This document shows positions 12,111-25,800 of a stretch of DNA of 64,000 nt, in pieces. Positions within the stretch are counted from its first letter, which is position 1. Every line of letters starts with the position of its first letter. Made by a program: the position numbers and the translations under genes. Origin of the DNA: Mustelus asterias (lineage: Eukaryota); contig NC_135804.1 in NCBI RefSeq assembly GCF_964213995.1, forward strand, positions 113,522,001 through 113,586,000, given 5' to 3'. The notes under the pieces were generated by a model. It worked only from the letters and a program-made list of their open reading frames with translations. It was not told the DNA's origin and did not search any database.

Positions 12111-13700
12111 AGACCATAAGACATAGGAGCGGAAGTAAGGCCATTCGGCCCATCGAGTCCACTCCACCATTCAATCATGGTTGATTTCAACTCCATTTAC
12201 CCGCTCTCTCCCCATAGCCCTTAATTCCTCGAGAAATCAAGAATTTATCAATTTCTGTCTTGAAGACGCTCAACGTCTCGGCCTCCACAGCTCTCTGTGG
12301 CAATGAATTCCACAGACCTACCACTCTCTGGCTGAAGAAATTTCTCCTCATCTCTGTTCTAAAGTGACTCCCTTTTATTCTAAGGCTGTGCCCCCGCGTC
12401 CTAGTCTCCCCTGCTAATGGAAACAACTTCCCTACGTCCATCCTATCTAAGCCGTTCATTATCTTGTAAGTTTCTATTAGATCTCCCCTCAACCTCCTAA
12501 ACTCCAATGAATATAATCCCACGATCCTCAGACGTTCATCGTATGTCAGGCCTACCATTCCTGGGATCATCCGTGTGAATCTCCGCTGGACCCGCTCCAG
12601 TGCCAGTATGTCCTTCCTGAGGTGTGGGGCCCAAAATTGCTCACAGTACTCCAAATGGGGCCTAACCAGTGCTTTATAAAGCCTCAGAAGTACATCCCTG
12701 CTTTTGTATTCCAAGCCTCTTGAGATAAATGACAACATTACATTTGCTTTCTTAATTACGGACTCAACCTGCAAGTTTACCTTTAGAGAATCCTGGACTA
12801 GGACTCCCAAGTCCCTTTGCATTTTAGCATTATGAATTTTGTCACCGTTTAGAAAATAGTCCATGCCTCTATTCTTTTTTCCAAAGTGCAAGACCTCGCA
12901 CTTGCCCACGTTGAATTTCATCAGCCACTTCTTGGACCACTCTCCTAAACTGTCTAAATCTTTCTGCAGCCTCCCCACCTCCTCAATACTACCTGCCCCT
13001 CCACCTATCTTTGTATCATCGGCAAACTTGGCCAGAATGCCCCCAGTCCCGTCATCTAGATCGTTAATATATAAAGAGAACAGCTGTGGCCCCAACACTG
13101 AACCCTGCGGGACACCACTTGTCACCGGTTGCCATTCTGAGAAAGAACCTTTTATCCCAACTCTCTGCCTTCTGTCTGACAGCCAATCGTCAATCCATGT
13201 TAGTACCTTGCCTCGAATACCATGGGCCCTTATTTTACTCAGCAGTCTCCCGTGAGGCACCTTGTCAAAGGCCTTTTGGAAGTCAAGATAGATAACATCC
13301 ATTGGCTCTCTTTGGTCTAACCTATTTGTTATCTCTTCAAAGAACTCTAACAGGTTTGTCGGGCACGACCTCCCCTTACTAAATCCATGCTGACTTGTCC
13401 TAATCCGACCCTGCACTTCCAAGAATTTAGAAATCTCATCCTTAACGATGGATTCTAGAATTTTGCCAACAACTGAGGTTAGGCTAATTGGCCTATAATT
13501 TTCCATCTTTTTTCTTGTTCCCTTCTTGAACAGTGGGGTTACAACAGCGATTTTCCAATCCTCTGGGACTTTCCCTGACTCCAGTGACTTTTGAAAGATC
13601 ATAACTAACGCCTCCACTATTTCTTCAGCTATCTCCTTTAGAACTCTAGGATGTAGCCCATCTGGGCCCGGAGATTTATCAATTTTCAGACCTTTTAGTT
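12111..13700 (-). mobile_element. Young 5'-truncated CR1 (HER1-like) LINE with an uninterrupted RT frame (12187-13617)
   Basis: NYRPISLTS, YLDFQKAFD, GVPQGSVLGP, KFADD motifs; short-repeat 3' tail; frame runs to the truncation point. Confidence 0.95.
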
Positions 13701-14997
13701 GAGTTCATTCCCAATATTTACTCTTCATTGAAGAGTCATAGTCTGTTTACAGCAATTGGTTCCCAATTTGCTAAAATCTTATTTAATTACATTTACTATT
13801 TCACAAAATGCCATGTCACTGTGCAAGTCCATACAAAATAAACAAGTTACATATAAATTAAGTCCTGGGTACATTTTATGTTGGTGAGCCTTAGTAGGAA
13901 AATTAGTGGGTGCTTTGTATAGAAAAAAACAACAGCATAATCTGCTGCAATTTGCTAGCAAGATTCAAGGGTAATTAAGACGATCTTGCCTTGCCCAAAT
14001 GAACTGAAAGAAGCATGAGTAACAACCACTTACAAGTGTGGACTGAGCGGTATACAGTTAGAGATTTTAAAAACATCTTCAATTGCAAGAAGATGCATAA
14101 GTTCACTTACAGGATAAAATGGCTGACATCTTTTTTTGTGCCGACATTGATCCTTGGGCCTTATGTATGAAACTGGTGAGCCGTGGACACCTGCTGGGCC
14201 TCCCCAGGCACCACACTGGTGAGAGGCTGTGAATGTTTGGCTACTGCATTGCCAATAAGCAGGTTAAAAGAGAAGGGTATGTAAACGTGAGGGGGTCAAT
14301 CAAGAGGAAGTGATGGCCAGCATCAGCTGGCAACACATGATGCAGTTTCTGATGCTACATTCATACAATTTTTTAAAAAACCGCATCTTTTTTTTTGTGG
14401 CGGCCCCTTTAAGGATTGCTGGTTAGGCTGCAGGAACTTGCTACTTTCAGGGCAATTTAATTTCATACAGGGGGCCTCATGTACAAATGACAGCCTGTTT
14501 TTTTCTGCATTTGCAAAGAACCTAATGCCGTTTTCCAGTCAATTACAGCTTGCAAAGAGTGTGCCTATCCTACCATACCATATCAGAGGCTTAGACAACC
14601 ATTTAGCGCCTGGAAAATGTGGCATCCTCAAATTTCTGAGCCACTATATTTTTTACAGATTAAAATATAAAATACATAATTGTTAAAATAAAGGGCAGAT
14701 TTACACACCCATGTTTAGTTCCTTTGGATTTGAGGCCTCATATATCTTCTCATTCGTACATGTCATACCGATCAAGTCAATGTAAAAAATACCTTGCCCT
14801 ATGTGCGACCATTATTTGCATCAGGAAAGAGCAAAATGGATACATTAACCTTTTCAGTAGAAAACTGCTTAACATTTAATGCTGAAAGGAGTCACACTTT
14901 AATTCTTGAAATATACCAAAATGGTGTAACAGAACATAGCAATGATCTTAACTGTTGAACATTAATCATTTGATGGAGCTCTATGCACTTAGTCTAA

Positions 14998-15291
14998 AAC
15001 TTATTCATTTGTGTCACAAGTAGGCTTACATTAATACAGAAATTAAGTTACTGTGAAAATCCCCCAGTCACCACATTTTGACGCCTGTTCGGGTACACTG
15101 AGGGAGAATTTAGCATGGCCAATGCACCTAACCAGCACGTCTTTCAGATTGTGGGAGGAAACTGGAGCACTCGGAGGAATCCCACGCTGACACGGGGAGA
15201 ACGTGCAAACTCCACACAGTGACCCAAGTCGGGAATAGATTATGGGTCCCTGGGGTTGTGAGGTAGCAGTGCTAACCTCTGTGCCACCGTG
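14998..15291 (-). mobile_element. V-SINE with alternative (type B) tail
   Basis: HE1 head and core, but tail ...taatgtaagcctacttgtgac. Confidence 0.8.
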
Positions 15292-16849
15292 GTAGTCCTA
15301 CGGTCCAATGAATAAATTCATAAAATAAGTACAGAAATATCCTGGCCAACCATTGGGTCAATAGCCTTATTAGATTTTAGCGTGACCCAATATAAATAAA
15401 TACAAGGGTTGTAACAAATGTACCAGCAAAACATCCATTCTTCTATCTGACCCCTGCAAGAATCAAATCAAAAGGAACATTTACTTTCCCGAGCACTTCA
15501 TTTGAAATAATTGAAGTACATTTTAATTTAAATTCCACCATTTAATATGACCCGTTTCTTACAGAATCAGTTTGGACCAGTTTAAGATGGGACTTTCATG
15601 GCTCCATGCAGTGCAGATGTAGGTCAACCACATCTTCCTAGCTTCTTGTTCATATGCTCCAATATCATGTAATATGAATGTCCTCCTTATGCTGTGTAGT
15701 AATGTGACAAGCCATTGACATCTGATAAGATGTATGAATACACTTACAAAACACAAAAAAATACGAACAAGGTTTGTTGAAAGCTTGGTTTGAACATGAA
15801 ACTCACTCAATACTTTATAAGCTGCAGACGAAATGACTGCAGGTTTTGTAACAGCAGGAGAAGCAACGAATGCAACAATTAAGTGGTAACATATGTCATG
15901 ACTGCCAAGAGGATTTTTAATCCCTTTAAACATTAATGTAGTATTTCTGCCTCCACTGCAACAACAGAGCCATCTGTGTTGGTACTGAATGGAAACGTGC
16001 CAAAAGCACAATTGAAAACTCGGTTTGTTCATTTGATTTCTCCAATACAATAAAGGTGGGAAACATTTTCACTTTCTTCTTTCCAGATTAAAGAAAGTAG
16101 TCATTTGACCGCACCCTACATCTGGGATAGGTGCTTATAATTCAGAGGCTGACAGGAAATCCAAACACTTAACAGAAATTTGCAAAGGAAACATGTAAAT
16201 AACATTAACAATCAAATTCATTGTGCATTTTCCATGAAGAAACTAGTGGCTTCTCCTGGCCTCCTGTAAAACAAACGGCAATTAACATGTCTCCTCTCCA
16301 CAGAAAACACTGGTCGCAGCTTGTAAAATCTGTTTGATATTTGTTCCACAAATACAATGTTCCATAAGCATTCAAACAGAAAGTGGTGGAAACATATTTA
16401 ATGGATCTACTATATTTGCTGAACATTTCAAATACCTCTAACACATGTAGTTCTGCTAGAGTATAAATACAGCCAGGAAGACATCTTTTTTGCAATATGT
16501 ATTTATCGAAAGCACCTGTTCGCAGTCACTCAAGGTCCAGTAATTTCCTGAAAGCTACTGTTTTACAGGAAATCTTAAAAGATTTACAGTTTATTCCACT
16601 GGCTTCCAAAGTGCACTCTGCTGGAAAAAAATGAACATTAGTTTCAATACCACAAATCTTGTTCTGGAAAGAGATGACTAAGAGGAGACCTATTTAGAGT
16701 CTTCAAAATTATGAAGGGTTTGAGATGGTGGATGGCGAGAAACTCTTCCAACCATGCAATGTGGCAGCGAATTCCACATTCTTGCCACTGTGTAAATACT
16801 CTAATTCCCGACTTTTGTCTGTTTCCATAGCTAGTAATTTCTGGAACAG

Positions 16850-17094
16850 GTTGTCTGTTGTCAGATGCTTATAGCTTCAGGAACGCCACTCCACATCAAG
16901 TGTGGCTGACCAGGAGCCTCTCTCGCGCTTACCACCAGCTATTAGTGTGTTGGAAGGCTTTGCAGGTTGACATTCAATCTGTTTGGCCACGTTATGAATG
17001 CACCTTCCTTGGCCATCAAGTCTTGGGGTGGGACTCAAACCCGGAGCTTCTGGCTAGGAGGTAGGGATGCCACCTATTGCGCCACAAGACCTCC
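16850..17094 (-). mobile_element. tRNA-derived SINE (non-HE1)
   Basis: Head ggaggtcttgtggcgcaatagg...gggtttgagtccc with A/B-box-like motifs. Confidence 0.55.
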
Positions 17095-18411
17095 CTATGT
17101 GAAGGTACTTTTCCTAAGTTCTTTATCTGATTTAGGAACAACTATGCCCTCTAGTTTTCAATGTCCCCACTGAAGCAGATACAACGTTGAAACATTTAAA
17201 AGGGAGGCTTGGGGAAATTGAGAATATAGGGCTGAGGGATCAGAGTGGGAAGAGGTAAATTATAGAAGGAAGCTGATGTGCAATATAAACACTGGCATAG
17301 ACCAATTGGGTGGCACAGCCTGTTTGCGCGTTATGCGAATTTGACGTCGAACAAAATTAAGTAGAATGTCAGATCACTCTGCAGAAACTTCAGCCCAAGA
17401 ACCGTTAATCATTTGAGAACATTTTTTGCAGATGATTCTTGGAGGGATCTTTGAGGCTTCGAAGGTTGACTTATAGGCCGAACAAAAAATGAACAGCTGG
17501 CGTAGGCAGGCATGGTGGCAACCACTTTGAAGTGTCATCTGACATAAAGAGCGAATGTGTCTTAAACTATGACAACTTTGCAACATAGCCCATAGCACCT
17601 GCTTGATCCCTTGTACCGTTAGAAGATACTGGTAAGTAAGAGGTGAAAAGCTGAGGCTGACAATTAATGTGAGCATTTTATGTTGCGGCTGAGAAGAGGG
17701 GTAGTTGGGAGGGGAAAATAGTCGCCTTACATATCAAACATTTGTAAAACATGACCTTGGGAGCTGCATATGTGGTCTTATATGCCGGGTCTGGCGATTT
17801 ACAACATATGAGAAGGAATTAACATGGTCGTGTTTTCAAATTTCATTTACATTTTCAAATTACTACTGCTTTTGTTGTACTCAAGGACATCAGGATTTTT
17901 CATAGACTTAGTTATTTGAAAACTGTAAATTAATTATTACAATAGGACAGTGGGGCATTCAAGAATGCAAGATCTGTTTAAAGTGAAAACTACTCTACAA
18001 ATGCCATGGATGAATAGATTACTACTACTGTAAAGATGCAATGATGGCTGGTTAACACAGCTTTTTTGTCTTTGCAATGTAGATTTAAATCTAGTTCAAA
18101 AACAAAGCTGACAGAATATCATCTCTGCTGAATCCAGTTACCCGCTTAAAATAATTTGCAAAGTCTAATGCATTTCCTAGTTGGTATTAGCCCACAGAAC
18201 AAAACTCTAAACAAGGTGGAATCATACTCCGGGAGAGTATTCAGGACAGTAGGTCCAGGTGGTAATAAAATTCAGATCTCATAGGGTTTCATCTTGAGAC
18301 AAGGTCAGATTTGAATCTTTATTCAGCTTGTTTCTCACAGAAAGTTTTTCATTTGGATACCGGTTGCCAGCATCAAAAGAATTGTGCTATTCCACCGCTT
18401 GACTTTTTCCT

Positions 18412-19110
18412 GGGAATGCCAAAGGCATGTATGAAAGGTTCAAAAAGGCAACAGGTCCATCAGCAAAGAAAATGGCTCTACTGAAAACAAAGGCAGGGTG
18501 GATCATCACCAATTGCAATAAAGAGTTGGCGATGGGAGAAACATTATTTCCAGTTGTACTGTAGAGACAACGTTGTCACCAAGGATGCTCTAGACACCAT
18601 AGGAAGCCTGTCATCCAGCAGAGACGGATATTGAACCCACAGTGGAGGAGCTTAGCAAGGTGACTCGCATGCCAGGTGTCAATCTCTAGGTGCTGATGCA
18701 ACACTACCTGAACTCATCAAGAACGAGAAACCTCTCTCCTGCAGCATCTGCACAAACTTCTGTCTCTGCTGGAAGGAGGGGGTAGCGCCCCTGGATGTGC
18801 AAGATGCAATGATTGTGGCCCTGCAAGAGAAGGGTGACCACAGTGATTGAAACAACTATTGATCCATCTCCCTGCTGAGTATTGTGGGAGAAGTATTTTC
18901 TTGCATTGCCCTTGTCAGACTGCAATCCTCGGTTGAAACCATCTACCCTGAATCCCACTGTGGTTTCCGAACCGGAAGATCTACAATTGACATTTGTATC
19001 TCAATCCGATAACTGCAAGAGAAATGTCGTGAACAAAGGAGACCGCTATATATATTGCTGTCATCGATCACTCCAAGGCATTTGACCATCTGAGCAGAGA
19101 CTTCTTAAAG
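18412..19110 (+). mobile_element. Decayed RTE LINE fragment
   Basis: Frameshifted ISLLSIVG, CGFRTGRST, QEKCREQRRPLYIA, KAFD. Confidence 0.8.
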
Positions 19111-19204
19111 AATTCAACCAAGCACTGCTGTCTCCAGGAAAACAGCCAAATCAGTCATTCACATCTTTAAATCAGAAGCATCGGGACCACTGAAGTAAGA
19201 GACC

Positions 19205-19425
19205 ATCTAGAACATAGAAAAACTATAACACAAACAGGCCCTTTGGCCCACAAGTTGCGCTGGTCGTATCCCTACCTACCTAGGCTTATAAATAGACTTA
19301 CCTATAACCCTCAATCCTATTAAGTCCTATGTACTCATCCAGAAGTCCCTTAAAAGACCCTATTGAGTTTGCCTCCACCACCACTGACGGCAGCTGATTC
19401 CACTCACCCACCACCCTCTGAGTGA
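19205..19425 (-). mobile_element. CR1 3' end fragment
   Basis: QRVVGEWNQLP-type terminus with tail. Confidence 0.65.
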
Positions 19426-20243
19426 ATTCAGCATAAAGCCAGCTGAGTCTCAAAACTGCGGACCCCTTTTATTTCTCTTGGCTCCAAAACTGGAAATTTT
19501 CAGCCCCTTCTGCCAGTGGGATCTTTTGGTCCTGCCAAAATCAACGGACATCTGCCACGTAGGGCCTGGACAATCCTGGCCTCAATTGGCACATCTACTC
19601 TTCCCCCCCTCTATAAATCTATTGGTGTGTGTGTGTGCGCGCCTGTGAACGTCGAATGCATGTGTGCGCAACAGATAGTGTACTTTGCTATTGCATGTAG
19701 AGGGGTTACACACTCCCTGGTGTGGCAAGCACATTGTGCGCGCGCGCACACAATTAATTGTAACAGAAACTGACAACTGGGAGACAGTCACTGACAGCCA
19801 TAGGCTCTGCAAACTGACTGTTCGAAGGGACACTGGAAGGGATGAGCAGAAATGAAAAGCTCAAGTGGCCGAGATGAGGGACCAGAGAAAACAGAAGCCA
19901 GTGAACCGTGCACATTCTCAGTCCACTGTCTTCCTCGGCAGCAAACGTGGCAGAGACTGACATGCCAGAGTGAATCTACCAAGGCACAAACCATCGTCTT
20001 AAGGTTGCCAGGGATGTCACCTTTTAAAGGCAAAAAATATATGTTAATGTTTCAACAAGTAATCACTTTGGATCCAAAATGAATCTAAATCTTAAATTTT
20101 AATTGAGAGAAAAGTTAAAGCTAAAAAAGTCAACGACAGAACATACAAAAAATATCATTTGCATATCCCTATTTAGTACCATATACTAAACATCCTCATT
20201 TTGTACATTCCTCTTAGTTTAATGGAGTCTCACATTTCATAAT

Positions 20244-21287
20244 GACAGAGGGTGGTGGTGGATGGAAAATTTTCGGACTGGAAACCGGTTACCAGCGGAG
20301 TGCCACAGGGATCAGTGCTTGGTCCTCTGCTATTTGTCATTTTTATAAATGACTTGGAGGAGGGGGCTGAAGGGTGGATCAGTAAATTTGCTGATGGCAC
20401 CAAGATTGGTGGAGTAGTGGATGAGGTGGAGGGCTGTTGTAGGCTACAAAGAGATATAGATAGGATGCAGAGCTGGGCTGAAAAATGGCAAATGGAGTTT
20501 AACCCTGACAAATGCGAGGTGATTCATTTTGGTAGGACAAATTTAAATGTGGATTACAGGGTCAAAGGTAGGGTTCTGAAGAATGTGGAGGAACAGAGAG
20601 ATCTTGGGGTTCATATCCATAGATCTCTGAAGGTTGCCACTCAAGTGGATAGAGCCGTGAAGAAGGCCTATAGTGTGTTGGCGTTCATTAACAGGGGGTT
20701 TGAGTTTAAGAGCCGTGGGGTTATGCTGCAACTGTACAGGACCTTGGTGAGACCACATTTGGAATATTGTGTGCAGTTCTGGTCACCTCACTACAAGAAG
20801 GATGTGGAGACACTGGAAAGAGTGCAAAGGAGATTTACCAGGATGCTGCCTGGTTTGGAGGGTAGGTCTTATGAGGAAAGGTTGAGGGAATTTGGGCTTT
20901 TCTCTTTGGAGCGGAGGAGGTTGAGAGGAGACTTGATAGAGGTTTATAAGATGATGAGGGGGATAGATAGAGTGAACGTTCAAAGACTATTTCCTCGGTT
21001 GAATGGAGCGGTAACTAGGGGGCATAACTATAGGGTTCATGGTGGGAGATATAGGAAGGATGTCTGAGGTAGGTTGTTTACGCAGAGAGTGGTTGGGGTG
21101 TGGAATGGACTGCCTGCAGGGATAGTGGAGTCAGAAACTTTAGGAACATTTAAGAAGCTATTGGATAGGCACATGGAGTACTTCGGGATGATAGGGAGGA
21201 AATAACTTGATCTGGGTTTCAGACAAAGCTCGGCACAACATTGTGGGCCGAAGGGCCTGTTCTGTGCTGTACTGTTCTATGTTCTAT
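20244..21287 (+). mobile_element. 5'-truncated CR1 LINE
   Basis: GVPQGSVLGP, VRPHLEYCVQFWSP, (gttctat)2 tail. Confidence 0.95.
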
Positions 21288-22658
21288 AACTCCTCCTGCT
21301 GTGCCCTTGAACTTTCTACCGACTTCAAGAGAAGCAGAATGGGTTGGACTACTTGAGAACAGATCAAGAGCAGGATTACCTGAGAAATGATACGTCAGCA
21401 AAGTTTGAAGTACTAATTTCTTGCGTGGCCAAGCAGTCCCTGCATTCAGCTAAAGACTCATCTTAATTTCCACCTTTAAATAAAATCAATGCTTCATAAT
21501 TCAATTAACCAATGAAAATCTGGAACAAACTGCTAGTGTCATTAATAATAATCATGGGCTAGATTTTATGCTCTCCTGCCAGCGGATCTGAAGATGCCAG
21601 GTAGGGGGAGCGGGTACCTGAAATTTTATCCAGGTGGGGTGCTGGGGAAGAGGTCAGGTGACATGCCTGACCTTGAGCCTATTGTGGCCTTTAAGTGGCC
21701 ATTTACTGGCCTCTGAAGGATCGCAACCTGCTGCCATCCTTGTTTTACCTATGGTGGGCGAAGGCCCATGCAGAGCAGGAAGATGGGCATGTTAAACTGT
21801 AGTGATAGGTGTCGAGTGGTGGGTGGGAATGTCCCACTGAGGGCTCCCTAGACCTATCCGAGGTATTCCCTTTTCCTCCCCTCCTGGCCAGATTATTACT
21901 GTTGAGGCTATGCTTATTATTCGGGAGCCTAAAGCCTCAAACTCTCTTAGCAGATCATTTAGAGTTCGGTGTTGTCCATTCCATAGAACCATAGAACCGT
22001 AGAAAATTACAGCTCAGAAACAGGCCTTTTGGCCCTTCTTGTCTATGCCGAACCATTTTATGCCTAGTCCCACTGACCTGCACTTGGACCATATCCCTCC
22101 ACACCCCTCTCATCCATGAACCCGTCCAAGTTTTTCTTAAATGTTAAAAGTGACCCCGCATTTACCACTTTATCCGGCAGCTCATTCCACACTCCCACCA
22201 CTCTCTGCGTGAAGAAGCCCCCCCTAATATTCCCTGTAAACTTTTCTTCTTTCACCCTTAACCCATGCCCTCTGGTTTTTTTCTCCCCTAGCCTCAGCGG
22301 AAAAAGCCTGCTTGCATTCACTCTATCTATACCCATCAAAATCTTATACACCTCTATCAAATCTCCCCTCAATCTTCTACGCTCCAGGGAATAAAGTCCC
22401 AACCTATTCAATCTCTCTCTGTAACTCAGCTTCTCAAGTCCCGGCAACATCCTTGTGAACCTTCTCTGCACTCTTTCAATCTTATTTACATCCTTCCTGT
22501 AACTAGGTGACCAAAACTGTACACAATACTCCAAATTCGGCCTCACCAATGCCTTATATAACCTTGATGTGGAGATGCCGGCGTTGGACTGGGGTAAACA
22601 CAGTAAGAAGTTTAACAACACCAGGTTAAAGTCCAACAGGTTTATTTGGTAGCAAAAG

Positions 22659-22704
22659 CCACACAAGCTTTCGGAGCTCTAAGCCCCTTCTTCAGGTGAG
22701 TGGG
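22659..22704 (-). ncRNA. Minimal type I hammerhead ribozyme motif
   Basis: CCACUCAC-CUGAAGA-A-GGGGCU-UAG-AGCUCC-GAAA-GC-UU-GUGUGG. Confidence 0.8.
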
Positions 22705-24091
22705 AATTCTGTTCACAAACAGAGCTTATAAAGACACAGACTCAATTTACATGAATAATGGTTGGAATGCGAATACTTACAACTAATCAAGTCTTTAAGA
22801 AACAAAACAATGTGAATGGAGAGAGCATCAAGACAGGCTAAAAAGATGTGTATTGTCTCCAGACAAGACAGCCAGTGAAACTCTGCAGGTCCACGCAACT
22901 GTGGGAGTTACAAATAGTGTGACATGAACCCAATATCCCGGTTGAGGCAGTCCTCGTGTGTGCGGAACTTGGCTATCAGTTTCTGCTCAGCGACTCTGCG
23001 CTGTCGTGTGTCGCAAAGGCCGCCTTGGAGAACGCTTACCCGAATATCAGAGGCCGAATGCCCGTGACCGCTGAAGTGCTCCCCAACAGGAAGAGAACAG
23101 TCTTGCCTGGTGATTGTCGAGCGGTGTTCATTCATCCGTTGTCGCAGCGTCTGCATAGTTTCCCCAATGTACCATGCCTCGGGACATCCTTTCTTGCAGC
23201 GTATCAGGTAGACAACGTTGGCCGAATTGCAAGAGTATGTACCGTGTACCTGGTGGATGGTGTTCTCACGTGAGATGATGGCATCTGTGTGATGACGGCA
23301 TCTCCTCCGGAGCCTTCAACATGTCATTGATGAAGACGAACATCTCGCCAAGAACATCCCCACACCCCCCTTCTTGCCTTCAAACAACCGCACAACCTCA
23401 AACAGACCATTGTCCGCAGCAAACTACCCAGCCTTCAGGAGAACAGTGACCATGACACCACACAACCCTGCCACAGCAACCTCTGCAAGACGTGCCGGAT
23501 CATCGACACAGATGCCATCATCTCACGTGAGAACACCATCCACCAGGTACACGGTACATACTCTTGCAATTCGGCCAACGTGGTCTACCTGGTACGCTGC
23601 AAGAAAGGATGTCCCGAGGCATGGTACATTGGGGAAACTATGCAGACGCTGCGACAACGGATGAATGAACACCGCTCGACAATCACCAGGCAAGACTGTT
23701 CTCTTCCTGTTGGGGAGCACTTCAGCGGTCACAGGCATTTGGCCTCTGATATTCGGGTAAGCGTTCTCCAAGGCGGCCTTCGCGACACACGACAGCGCAG
23801 AGTCGCTGAGCAGAAACTGATAGCCAAGTTCCGCACACACGAGGACGGCCTCAACCGGGATATTGGGTTCATGTCACACTATTTGTAACTCCCACTGATG
23901 CGTGGACCTGCAGAGTTTCACTGGCTGTCTTGTCTGGAGACAATACACATCTTTTTAGCCTGTCTTGATGCTCTCTCCATTCACATTGTTTTGTTTCTTA
24001 AAGACTTGATTAGTTGTAAGTATTCGCATTCCAACCATTATTCATGTAAATTGAGTCTGTGTCTTTATAAGCTCTGTTTGTGAACAGAATT

Positions 24092-24137
24092 CCCACTCAC
24101 CTGAAGAAGGGGCTTAGAGCTCCGAAAGCTTGTGTGG
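24092..24137 (+). ncRNA. Minimal type I hammerhead ribozyme motif
   Basis: Mirror copy of 22659-22704. Confidence 0.8.
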
Positions 24138-25464
24138 CTTTTGCTACCAAATAAACCTGTTGGACTTTAACCTGGTGTTGTTAAACTTCTTATTATATAA
24201 CCTTACCATAACACTCCAACTTTTATACTCGATACTCCGATTTATAAAGGCCAATGTACCAAAGGCACTCTTTACGACCCTATCCACCTGTGACGTCACT
24301 TTTAGGGAATTCTGTACCTGTATTCCCAGATCCCTCTGTTCAACTGCACTCTTCAGAGTCCTACCATTTACCCTGTACGTTCTTCTTTGGTTTGTCCCTC
24401 CAAAGTGCAATATCTCACACTTGTCCGCGTTAAACTCCATTTGCCATTTTTCAGCCCATTTTTCTAGTTGGTCCAAATCCCTCTGCAAGCTTTGAAAACC
24501 TTCCTCACTGTCCACTACACCTCCAATCTTTGTATCATCAGCAAACTTGCTGATCCAATTTACCACATTATCATCCAGATCATTGATATAGATGACAAAC
24601 AACAATGGACCCAGCACTGATCCCTGCGGCACACCACTAGTCACAGGCCTCCACTCAGAGAAGCAATCCTCCACAACCACTCTCTGGCTTCTTCCATTGC
24701 AGTGTCTTATCCAATTTACTACCTCCCCATGTATACCTAGCGACTGAACCTTCCTAACTAACCTCCCATGAGGGACCTTGTCAAAGGCCTTGCTGAAATC
24801 CAGGTAGACAACATCCACCGCCTTCCCTTCATCCACTTTCCTGGTAACCTCCTCGAAAAACTCTAATAGATTGGTCAAACATGACCTACCACGCACAAAG
24901 CCATGTTGACTCTCCCTAATAAGTCCCTGTCTATCCAAATATTTGTAGATCCTATCCCTTATCACACCTTCCAATAACTTGCCCACCACCGACGTCAAAC
25001 TTACTGGCCGATAATTTCCCGGATTTCTTTTGGAACCTTTTTTAAACGGAACAACATGAGCCACCCTCCAATCATCCGGCACCTCCCCCGTGAATACTGA
25101 CATTTTAAATATGTCTGCCAGGGCCCCTGCAAATTCAACACTAGCTTCCCTCAAGGTCCGTGGGAATACCCTGTCCGGTCCTGGGGATTTATCCACTCTG
25201 ATTTGCCTCAAGACAGCGAGCACCTCCTCCCCTTTAATCTGTAAAGCTTCCATGGCCTCCCTACCAGTTTGCCCTATTTCCGTAGATGGACCACAAGGGG
25301 GTTCTGCCCCTTTCAGTCCAAATTTTTCCTGTCTTTAATCCTGGGATTGGGCAGGCAAGATATAACACTGGAATGCCTAGTTGTGGCTGCAGGGTAGACT
25401 ATCCATCTCGGGGTCCATACAGTCCTCCATCACAACCATATTGCTTTTCACTCCTCCCACCTGA

Positions 25465-25800
25465 AGAACATCTTGACAGGGTGGATGCTGAAAGGATAGC
25501 CCCTTGTGGGAGAGACTATAACTAGGGGACACAGTTTAACAATAAGGAGTCTCCCATTTAAGACGGAAAGGAATAGAAATTTCTTCTCCCAGGAGGGAGA
25601 TGAATTTTTGGAACTCTTCCCCGAAGATCAGTGGAGACAGGTCAACGAGTGTTTTTAAGGCAGACGTGGATAGATTCTTGACTAACAAGAGACTCAGATT
25701 ACTGCAGCATGTGGGACTGTGGCCACAATCAGATCAGCCATGATCTATTAAATGGCAGGGCAGGTTCGAGGGGCTGAATGGCCTACTCCTGCTTCTAATT
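25465..25800 (+). mobile_element. CR1 3' fragment
   Basis: TRGHSL..K..PFKTE..RNFFSQ remnant and tail. Confidence 0.7.

Larger units (their letters stand above)
22566..24192. mobile_element. Penelope-like foldback: two inverted copies of GIY-YIG plus pLTR
   Basis: 22604-23290 is complementary to 23506-24192; VYL..C...WYIGET in both arms; 12-bp TSD ttatataacctt at 22554-22565 and 24193-24204. Confidence 0.93.
21981..25285 (-). mobile_element. Young CR1 LINE split by a Penelope foldback insertion
   Basis: RT frame 25253-24193 resumes at 22565 (RLYKALVRP); (ttctatgg) tail at 21981. Confidence 0.95.
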
